The notes beneath the pieces are model-generated. The model saw only the letters and a program-made list of their open reading frames with translations. It was not told the DNA's origin and ran no database searches. A stretch of DNA of 64,000 nucleotides, from positions 14,322,001 through 14,386,000 of the forward strand of contig CM106585.1 in NCBI GenBank assembly GCA_048013815.1. The letters run 5' to 3'. Shown here piece after piece: positions 1-9,999 of this stretch; positions within the stretch are counted from its first letter, which is position 1; every line of letters begins with the position of its first letter. The position numbers and the translations under genes were made by a program. This DNA comes from Setoptus koraiensis. Lineage: Eukaryota; Animalia; Arthropoda.

Positions 1-1381
1 CTATCAGTTAGTGCAATAATAATAATGTTGCGTGGCCGCCGCTAGTGTAGTCATTAGGCTGCTGTAATCATAGCTCGCACTATTCCTTTGGTCGAATGGT
101 GTTGAGCTATTGTTGTTTGCAATAATTAGAGAGTGGTTCGATGGCTGGTGACATGATCCGAACAACCGGTGATGAGCGAATGAATTATTGTTTTTGGAGC
201 TTGCAAGTATGATGTGTGTGAGTCGTGTGCGTGAGTGTGTGTATATATATATATATATATGTGTGTGATAAACTCCTGATAAATTGAGTCTATTTCCGTT
301 CCTGATAGGCAATGTTGTTATTTATTGTTTTATAATGTCGTTTTTTCTTAATGAGATTGAAAATGTGACTCTGTGAATAGACTTCGGGGGCGCTTCTGTT
401 CCTCGAATGGGTTCACTAGGATCTTTTCTCGAATATAAAAATAATAGTAGTATGCATACGCAGACGTGATGTCTCTTGTTTTAAATAATATCGGGTTATT
501 TGCTTCGTTCATCGATTAATTTCCATTTAATATTACTATTGTCTGCTTTACAACGAGTGCTGTTGTTGCTGTTGCAAGAGATTGCCAATCAGGCAAGCAC
601 AATATTACAGAACGGAATAGCCAAGCCTCTTGTTGGACCCGCTTAGGCCGCAGGTATTATTATTGTTTTGTTCTAGCAAAGATTTTACTATTGATAATGG
701 TGACCATGTGTGTGTGTGTCTAAATAGTATATTCAATATAAATTAATTCTTTATCCGTTTATCCATCTGCTCGGCTCGCTGATCCAGTTGTTCTACATAT
801 CAGACTAGTGATGGTATAGACACACAAATAACACATATTTCACTAGTGTCATTTTGTTCTCTTGCTTCAACGTGTTTGTCTGCTATGCATTGCGAGCTGC
901 TCGTTGCTAGGAGACGTGCGGCACTGTTTGTCACAAACAGTTTGTGAGTGTGTGTGTGTGTGTGTGTGCGTGTGTGTGCGTGTGTGTGCGTGTGTGCAAG
1001 CGTTAGTGCGTCAATATCGAACTAACAGCCGAGTTGCTGCAGGCTGCAGCTGTACAAAAGGTTGAAATGTCGCTTGCAAAAAGCCTCTATTATGTGCAAT
1101 GTTGCACACATGTATTCACAAGCGCATGGCGCCATATCTATTCGTCTATACAGACTGCATCAGACACGAAATAGACAAACTCATGTGCGCAGTTTGGCGC
1201 GAGCCAACCATGGTACAATGTAAAAAGTGCACACGCTAACTAGACTAGATGTGACACTGTGTGCTTTGCATAAACTGTTGGACGTTGAACTGTTTCAATT
1301 GTGAATGAAATAATGGCGCCTCTAGTGAACAACCACACAATATAGTCGAATTATTGTTCAGGTATAACCAATGTTTCTTAT

Positions 1382-2109
1382 CTAATCAAAACTGAAACTC
1401 TTGCGCCATGCGTGTCTGCTTCGACGGGCCCTTCCAAGCAAACACTCAAGTTCATTATCCCTCAAAGTGCGAGACACAAGTTTGTTGATAGTTTTGCCCA
1501 AAGATATGAATAGATCGTGGAAGCCGAGTGAGAAAAGGCTCGAATCAGTTAGCGGATAAGTCTCCATAGGAATGGGTGCCTGGTAGATGTTTACTATAGA
1601 ACTAGACCTGATTGGGCACCATTCTTACAAGGAAACCCCGCCGGGTGATCCACTGGGATTAGGTTCTCGCTGGTCTGGTTCGACTCAGCTCGAGCAACTG
1701 AGTAAAATGAGCGCATCTAGCCCCAACTTTTTCCGACTTTTTGCAATAAATCGATGGAATTTTCCAATTTTCAGACCCCCCTTAGATTTCGTGGTTGATG
1801 CCTCTAGAGCATGAACAGATGAAAATAAGCAGATGAAAAATTTGAGGCAGTGCAGAAAGTTGGGAAAAGTCGTGGCTAGGTATATAGTCCACAATGAATC
1901 AACAGTAGCTTTTATGAACTCTGCTGACCGAGAGCTACGAGAAATGACCACCCTTACATCCGCTCTATCGCTATTGGTGCACCTGAAGCAGTAGCGATGG
2001 AATCGGATGGAACAGCCGGTGCGATGGGATCGGTAGGTTTGAGCGTAGCTGAGATAGCATCCGGTCCATCTTTTAGCATGGCGGATGGAGAAATAGCACC
2101 CCCATTCAT
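1382..2109 (-). pseudogene. Degenerate reading frame of unknown origin (possible TE or viral relic)
   Basis: ATG at 2109 (MNGGAISPSAMLKDG...), apparent frameshift near 1975, then one frame to 1382 interrupted by TGA 1687-1685 and TAA 1627-1625; no family recognised. Confidence 0.25.
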
Positions 2110-4010
2110 TAAGCACACAGATTTACGAAAACACGATTAAGGGGAAAACTCTATGAACTTTTTTGCTGCGAAAGGGGGAAAGAATGAAAATTGCATCTGT
2201 AAAGACCGGCTCGCTCCGCTCACCCGGCCTAAAAAAATGTTTTTGCGACCACCCTTTAAGTCCAAAAACTCAAGTCCAAGTCGTGAGCGCAGTGAACTTG
2301 ACAGCTGAACTGAGCTCTCGCGCGTTGGACTTGGCTGTTGGACTGGGTCCTCGTACAGTGGAACGGCTTGTTGAACCGAGAACTGGCTCGTTGGACTTCA
2401 TTGTCGGACTCAAGTTCTCGCACATTGGACTAGGTTGTTAGACTCACAAGTCCGTCAGGGGCGCTACAATCGCTGAAAAGAAATGCACTGCCAAGGCAGA
2501 GTCGGTGCTGTGGTGTGCAGTCTGAAATTCAGTTCAAGTCTCAGCTCCAAGTTCAACTTGGCACAGTCAAGTCCTGTGCTGTGTGTGTTTTTTCCAATGG
2601 CTTTCGCCCATTTCCTTTTTTTTTACGCCAGAGGTGCAGCGGGCGCTCAGGAGAGCACAGCCGAGGGTAAAGTGTATCGATAAATGTTTCAACTGGTTGA
2701 CGTTACTCAACAGATAGCTAGCAAACAACTAGAGGAGCTGCGATCACTGCACTCACTACTCTGACGGCAGTTCATCACTGGCAGTTTACTCACAAAACAG
2801 CTATACAGCATCACACACTGCAACTGACGCTCACTCACACTGCATATGAAAATCTGAGTGCGCCGCCCTTGCGGCTTCAAAAAGAAATGAGAGAAACGCA
2901 CACAGTACTGTGTGCGTTTTTTCCAATACACATCTTCGAAGTTCACCAATAATCCGCTAGGGCGGCGTTCTTGGATTTTTAATAGCAGTACACCTGTATA
3001 CCAGTCCGACCTGGAGTCGGGACTTGGGTGCTCTGAGTCAGCGACTTGGCCAGCCAAATCGAACATCCAGTCCGATGGCGCTAATACAAGTCGAGTCCTC
3101 ATCTTTGGATAGACATACAGAAAAGAACTACAGAATAGAATAGCATATGCTAGTTTCGTTGTAGCCGTCGTGTTGTCTTGTTGTTCCTTGCCAACGTTTG
3201 CCCCAATGAAAGAGAAAAAAGGGGGGAGCCAAAAAGAGAGCCTTGTTCATCACATTTCATCACATAATGGTTCTGCAAGATTTGTTCTTCCAATAGAGAG
3301 AGGGAGAAAGAGAGACAGAGGAAGAGAGACAGGGAAAGAGAGCGAAAACGACTGTTGCTATTACTAAGGATATTGATAATCATTTACATATGCAACTACA
3401 CTGATCGAACGACAACATATCGAACCAAAATCGACAAATCACAACCATTTCTTATAGAAGGATATAATCAAGGTCTACACTGACACGCACACTCACACAC
3501 AACCACAAACACGCAAACACAATCGTTGTATACGACGACGCTGTTCGCAAATAATAATGGAATCCTTGGATATGGACTTCAATCGAGCAAAAAATGTTAT
3601 TAGGTTTATTATTATTATTATCACTATATTGATGCCGATACGACTATCAAAGACACTAGTATAGATATTATTACCTATTCTATTACCATTGAATATCAAT
3701 CTTACGAAGTAACAGTAGCAATTTCAAATCCGACTTGTGGCAGTTCAAGATTTGGTAGTTCAACCGCTTTCACTGTACCAAAAGAAAAAGTACTAATTAA
3801 TGTAACCATATGGTACTTTCTATAAGTAATCCCTTGAGTCACTTTTTTGGTAGAAGTCAGATTTATATCGTCAACTTTCCCGCTGACGGAGTTCGAGCTC
3901 AAAACAAGGAGTATCAGAACAAGCAATTTAGTACCCACAACGCAACAACAACATCTGCCCCATTCAATAATGACAAATTGAATTCTATTGCCATCTTAGC
4001 CAAAATAAAT

Positions 4011-5546
4011 ATGTTCAGACGGACTCGATGGAAGACTCTACGTATAGTACTGCTTACATCAATTGTTTGGATACTTGCGGGATTTTGTATACTATTCTTT
4101 TATGTTGATTGTATAGGACCCTATGGTTGCGGCAATCAATCAACGTCCTCCTCATCGGCCATACAAAACGGTTCCTCACTCACGGCAGTCTATGGTGCAT
4201 TCTCCGGGCAGAGTCAACAACTTGTCAATTCTAATCAACCAACTGTACGATCTGATCAACAAACAGGTGCCAAAACCCTCAATATCAGAGGGCGTCTAAC
4301 TGACCAACTCAAGCTACCACCTTACCAAGATTCACAACTTAAGCTTTGGACCAAACCAGTCTTGAGCCAAAATCCAGCCTCCTGGCCGGGAGAAAGAGGC
4401 AAGGCAGTAGTAATAGGGCCAGAGGAGGAAAAGATCAAAAATGAACTTTTCAAATCGAATCAGTTTAATTTATTGGCCAGTGATAGGATTGCCCTGAACC
4501 GTTCGCTATCCGACGTGCGAATGCCACAGTAAGTATTACAATATGCTATCCACTTTTTGCTTTACACATAATTCCACCATGATCTAAACATCCTCTTATC
4601 ATTATTCTCTCATCGTGACAACAGGTGCCGCAATAAACAATTCCCCGACAAGTTGCCATCAACTTCCATAGTGATAGTGTTCCATAATGAGGCTTGGACA
4701 ACATTGCTACGAACTGTGCATAGTATTATTAGGACATCGCCTCCAGAATTGTTGGATGAGATTATTCTCGTAGACGATGCTAGTGATAGAGAGCATCTTG
4801 GTAACAAACTCGATGATTATACGGCCACTCTAGACACACCCGTCCATGTGATGCGCACCGGCGTCCGCTCTGGCTTGATACGAGCCAGATTGTTGGGTGC
4901 CAAAAAGGCCATTGGTCAAGTGATAACTTTTTTAGACGCTCACTGTGAATGCACTGAAGGCTGGCTACTCCCGCTTCTAAGCCGTCTAGTCGAGGATAGG
5001 TAAGTCATCTCTTGATTTATGTCCAATCGCCTGATTGGAGATTCTGTCTCTTTCTTTCTCTCTATCTCTAGTTAGCGATTATAAGTTTAGTGTGGCGTGA
5101 GATAAACAAACAAACAAACAAAGGAGCGTACCGTTAGGCTTTCGCTAGATTGTGTGTGTGGCGTGAGATAAGAAACTCGAAATGATAGGCTAACCATCTG
5201 TTGCTTTGATCCAATTACTTGCCACAATTGACCAGTTGATTGCTTTCTCTGGGAAGGCTGCTCAATCCTCGTAATCCTAATTGCATGTACACTTTACTTT
5301 TAATGATTGTACATACTACTTGTAGTGTGTACTACTTGTTTGGTACCTATTGACGACCAATCGAATGACCTCTGGCCATCTAAAGCAACAAAAACAATAA
5401 CAATCATCAATCTAAGTCGGCATCTACAATGGAACAAATCTTGTTTACATCGGCAGTGATGTGATTAGTTGCCGAAGATAGATAGATAGGTAGATAGAGA
5501 GAACTGGCTGGCTTTGTATTGCATGTATATATATATATGCTCTCTG

Positions 5547-5587
<41 letters not shown>

Positions 5588-6853
5588 TTATATATAGCAA
5601 CACATTTACAGGGCAGAAGAAGTCCTGTCCTATCTAATATTATTAATACTTAAATCTATTCTCCCTCTTTCTTATGCAGAACAAGAGTTGTTTGTCCTAT
5701 AATTGATGTGATAAGCGATGAAACATTCGAATATATACCAGCATCGGATATGACTTGGGGTGGCTTCAACTGGAAGCTCAACTTCCGTTGGTATAGAGTG
5801 CCACAACGCGAATTGGATCGTCGTAACGGGGATCGATCCCTGCCGGTCAGGTGAGTAGCTGAAGCATGTTGTTTTCTCGTTGTTAAACACATTTACTCAC
5901 AATATTCTCTCTGTTCTGTTTTGTTTCATTGTTGCTGCAATCCTGTGCTGTCTCAATCACATCATCATCATGAATTTTTTAGGACTCCCACCATGGCTGG
6001 CGGTTTGTTTTCCATGGACAAGGAGTATTTTGAATTGTTGGGCAAGTACGATGACGGAATGGACATATGGGGCGGCGAAAATTTGGAATTAAGTTTCAGA
6101 ATCTGGATGTGCGGTGGCTCACTAGAGATAGTCACTTGTTCTCATGTTGGCCACGTATTCAGAAAATCAACACCATATACCTTTCCGGGTGGCACTAGTA
6201 AAATTGTTAATCATAACAATGCACGACTGGCCGATGTCTGGCTAGATGAATGGAAGGACTTCTATTTCGCTATTAATACACCGGCCAAACTGATAGATCG
6301 TGGCGACACAACAGGCAGAAAACAATTGAGACAACAATTACAATGTAAATCATTCAGATGGTACCTACAGAATATTTACCCTGAATCGCCAATGCCACTA
6401 GAATATTACTCATTGGGCGAAATAAAGAACGTTAACACTAATCTATGTTTAGATACATATGGTAGAAAATCTGGCGAGAATGCAGCATTAAGTACGTGCC
6501 ATGGACTGGGTGGTAATCAGGTGTTCGCTTACACTAGGAGAAAACAAATAATGGCCGATGACAATTGTTTGGATGCGCCCAATCAAAAAGGACCTGTCAA
6601 ATTGATAAGATGTCATGGAATGGGCGGCAACCAAGAATGGTTATATAATCATAATGAGCCACAAAAGACTATTGTCCATATAAGGACGGGACTATGTTTA
6701 GATGTGCCACAACAACACAATACAAAAAGCTCTAGTCAACAAGATAAATCCGCCACATCAGCATCTAATCAACCTCAATTACAACCATGTGATGGCAGAC
6801 CCAGTCAGCAATGGAAATTGAAAAATAATTTTGAATGGCAAACAGAATCATGA
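4011..6853 (+). CDS. Pgant5: Polypeptide N-acetylgalactosaminyltransferase, compact copy A (Pgant5/GALNT1-13 subfamily); exons 4011-4528, 4625-4999, 5680-5850, 5983-6853; 644 aa
   Basis: Type II TM anchor ([24 protein letters not shown]), GT1 motif [14 protein letters not shown] motif [27 protein letters not shown]-terminal ricin-B lectin repeats ([11 protein letters not shown]). Three GT-AG introns (4529-4624, 5000-5679, 5851-5982) give a 1935-nt open frame. An in-frame upstream ATG at 3810 makes the start uncertain. Confidence 0.95.
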
Positions 6854-7247
6854 AGACGAGAATGTTTCCTTCCACCATGATACTGTGTATACATTACTAC
6901 CGCGAGGATATCCATTAGCTGTTAGCGGACACGATAGAAAATTAATTTAATAATTGAAGGATAGAAATTAGATATTCCACTATTGTCAAATGAAATTAAA
7001 TTAGAAACAAATACAAGATACAAACGAACTTGCATAATAATAATAACGCACACACACCAACACGAACCTAAGCAGTTCAATTTTGGCGCGCCCTCCATGC
7101 ACCAATGTTTTTATACAAATATGCAGAAATGGTCATTCTGCAATTTTGTTAGTTGTTGATTGACTTGAGATTGTCACTACAGTGAATACAAGATAAAAGA
7201 AACATAGATACCATTATTATTATTATTATTTATAACTTTAGATATTG

Positions 7248-7274
7248 AATAAATTGATCTATCTATACAATAAA
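7248..7274 (+). terminator. Candidate polyadenylation signals of GALNT copy A (AATAAA x2)
   Basis: AATAAA at 7248-7253 and 7269-7274, ~400 nt after the stop codon. Confidence 0.45.
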
Positions 7275-7409
7275 ACTCAAGTCAGGACTTGACTCAATTA
7301 ATAGTTGTCAGAATGGTGATTTGATTGGAAAAATTGTGGAATTTACTAGCCCTTTAACAACTCATTGCAACCACCCTTGCTTCGAATCGTAGAACAAAGT
7401 AACGTAGCC

Positions 7410-8324
7410 ATGGGTAAGGGTTACAATAATTTTATGTCCAAGAAGCCCTTTCATCCTGGATCTAGGGAGAATATGAAAAGGGTCTGGATTGCCGAGCAAA
7501 GAACCACCGAGTATCAGAAACAACAGGAGGAATTGAAAGCTCAGCAAGAACGCGAGCAAGAGTTGTATAATAATCGGCTTCTAGTCAGTAAAGAGAGCAG
7601 AGATAAATTGTCTCTTAATTTCATGTACGAGCCACCAGCAGGCTGCAAATCTAAAACCCAACAAAATAGCGATGAAGACTTGTTACAATTAACTGGCCTC
7701 AAGTCCACTGCCTCTTCCTCAACAGGGGCCAAGAAGGAACCTCAGTTCAAATTCGAATGGCAGCGTACAGCTCCGCGGGAGAGCTTCGTTAAGAATTCCA
7801 CTGAGATTAGAGATCAACCGTTCGGAATCGCTGTGAAAAATGTGCGATGTCTCCGCTGTGATAAATGGGGTCACTTGAACACTGATCGCGAATGTCCCTA
7901 CAATAATGTGTCCATGCTCGATACGGTGAGACAGGCCAAGGCCGAAGAGGAGCAGAAGGAAATCCTAGACATCAAACCCATTTTTAATCTTAGTTCACCA
8001 GTTACATCCGCAATCTCTAATTCAAAACCTTCAGTGGACATCAAACCCCCTATTGATATCAAACCATCCTTAGATATTAAACCATCCTTAGATATTAAAC
8101 CTTCTATAGATAGCAAATTCTATCGAGATGTCAAGCCGCAAATTGAGACCAAGTCAACACGAGAGATTGATTCATCTAGACATAGTAAGGATAGTAGTAG
8201 GAGGCGGAAGCATTCTAGGGACCGATCACGGCAGCGTAGAGAAAGTTCGAGTGAAAGAAGAAAACATAAGAAACACAAAAAACACAAGAAACACAAAAAA
8301 CATAAGAAACATAAATCTCATTAA
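7410..8324 (+). CDS. CIR1: Corepressor interacting with RBPJ 1 (CIR1) homolog, single exon, 304 aa
   Basis: N-terminus [30 protein letters not shown]...LNFMYEPP matches the CIR N-terminal domain; [10 protein letters not shown], zinc-knuckle-like [19 protein letters not shown], Ser/Arg/Lys/His-rich tail. ATG at 7410; AATAAA at 8357-8362. Confidence 0.92.
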   Translation: MGKGYNNFMSKKPFHPGSRENMKRVWIAEQRTTEYQKQQEELKAQQEREQELYNNRLLVSKESRDKLSLNFMYEPPAGCKSKTQQNSDEDLLQLTGLKSTASSSTGAKKEPQFKFEWQRTAPRESFVKNSTEIRDQPFGIAVKNVRCLRCDKWGHLNTDRECPYNNVSMLDTVRQAKAEEEQKEILDIKPIFNLSSPVTSAISNSKPSVDIKPPIDIKPSLDIKPSLDIKPSIDSKFYRDVKPQIETKSTREIDSSRHSKDSSRRRKHSRDRSRQRRESSSERRKHKKHKKHKKHKKHKKHKSH

Positions 8325-8459
8325 CTTAACGTTGCGTTCTCGCACAAAATTATAAAAATAAATGGCTCTTAATTTGGGTGCATAGCTGAGTAAAATCCCC
8401 AGTACTTTCTCATTCAAGCCGGTAGAATAAATTTATTTAGAATAATAATTCTCAGAATA

Positions 8460-9813
8460 CTATTGCTTAGATGAAGTGTTCCCTGAACTCATGGATCTGT
8501 GCAAATGGACACATGTCCATTTATTATCCTTGCGATGCCAGATTCGAGTTTCTTCATATTGTTGCGTTTGGACACCAGATTTATCAGCTGATTGAGCTAA
8601 TCTAACGTAGGCAATTGAAGCGGCATCTTCAGAGAGCAAACAAACGCTCGGATTCAATATAATCGAATGAGATATCTTCTTGGATGTGGTTGGTGTCAGT
8701 TTGGCCTGATCAAAATAAAATCTATGAAAATCAATACCCTCGATTAGGTTCCCTAAACTTTCTGGCTCAAATGCGGTGATTGATGGCTCACATAGGCGCC
8801 TGTATTTATCGAAGTCGCAATTATCTATAGAATCCAGTACCTGTTCGGTTAATTTGATTATGTGATTGACTCGGGTTGCGTTGTTGGCGACAGTTGTGTC
8901 CTCTGTTGGAGCTATTATCTCATCAGGTTTAACACTAGACTTATTATTATTTGAGTTACGAGCCACAAGCATGGTGGTTATGATCGCCCCCTTGAGCTTT
9001 CTTCGTGCGTTGAACTTCTTCAAACAATCAACAGTCTCCTGTCTGTGTAGTGTAGATGCCACCCTTTCTCTATTTAGAATCCAGGTATGCTTAAGTGCCT
9101 CAGAAGCTGTTATTCTTTTGCCAGGGCTCACCTGTAGCATGAGATTAATGAGATTCTTAGCTTCTGGAGTGACTGTGTCCCATTCTGGAGTTGGGTAATC
9201 ATAGGCTCCATTTTTTATCTGAGCGTACAAATTGTACTGGTCCTCGTCCCAAAAGGGTGGATAACCGACCAGCAAAATGTAGAGGATCACACCTATTTGG
9301 CGATTTTTGATTTATGTTTGTGATACGATATTATGTTTTCATCCACGAAACGAGGCGAGACGATGGGCATTAGTTTATGAGTTTGTTGTTGGGGGGTAAG
9401 ATTGATTAATAACTGGATATTATCAACTGGCGACCGAGTACTCACCGCATGCCCAAATGTCCACCGGCTTCCCATAGGGCTCTTTTTTGATCACCTCTGG
9501 CGACAAATAACCTGGCGTACCCGCAAACCCGTACCAAGCGTTTTGTTCTCCCTGAACCTCGATGGCGAGACCAAAATCGGCCAATTTAACAGCGGCTCCT
9601 TTGGCCTTGCTGGCCAACAACAGATTCTCTGGCTTCAAGTCTCTATGAACAATATTGTTCAAATGACAATGCTGGACACTCTCTAATATTTGTTGAATAC
9701 AATGCGACGCGTCCGCCTCTGAATAGTATTCTCTAGCCACTATGTCTTCAAATAATTCACCACCTGTAACTAAATCAAATATAATATAGTGAAATGCCTC
9801 CTCTTGGATGGAA

Positions 9814-9816
<3 letters not shown>
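8460..9816 (-). pseudogene. CaMKII: CaMKII copy A, 5'-truncated (lacks first 84 codons); exons 9816-9446 and 9292-8460; downstream frame intact; pseudogene or non-catalytic subunit
   Basis: [20 protein letters not shown], autophosphorylation site RQETV, CaM-binding [11 protein letters not shown], complete hub ending HLHRS. GT-AG intron 9293-9445. Homology to copy B stops abruptly at 9816 where a (CA)n tract begins; no Gly-loop, catalytic-site Lys or ATG upstream. Confidence 0.8.
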
Positions 9817-9903
<87 letters not shown>

Positions 9904-9999
9904 GCACACACACACAAACTCACTCACACACTCACTCACACACTCATTCACTCACACACTCACTCACACACTCACTCACACACTCACACACACACACAC
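9815..9999 (+). repeat. (CA)n microsatellite grading into (CACT/CACA)n
   Basis: Direct reading. Confidence 0.97.

Larger units (their letters stand above)
3776..9816. repeat. Segmental duplicate (compact copy) of the block starting at ~10857 and ending at 50307
   Basis: Alignable high-identity tracts: 3776-4005 with 10857-11085, GALNT exons and intron ends, and 8990-9816 with 49437-50307. Confidence 0.85.

Noticed and set aside
2707-3102. ORF with DWYTGVLL..LLVNFEDVYW, vaguely Tudor/chromo-like
   Set aside because: Too short a resemblance, with no supporting splice structure or other motifs.
3810-4010. In-frame 67-aa N-terminal extension of GALNT (also 10891-11106)
   Set aside because: Not called as coding: family homology starts at MFRR, and a splice-acceptor-like CATCTTAG lies just upstream of that ATG. 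It stays open in both copies, so it is unresolved rather than excluded.
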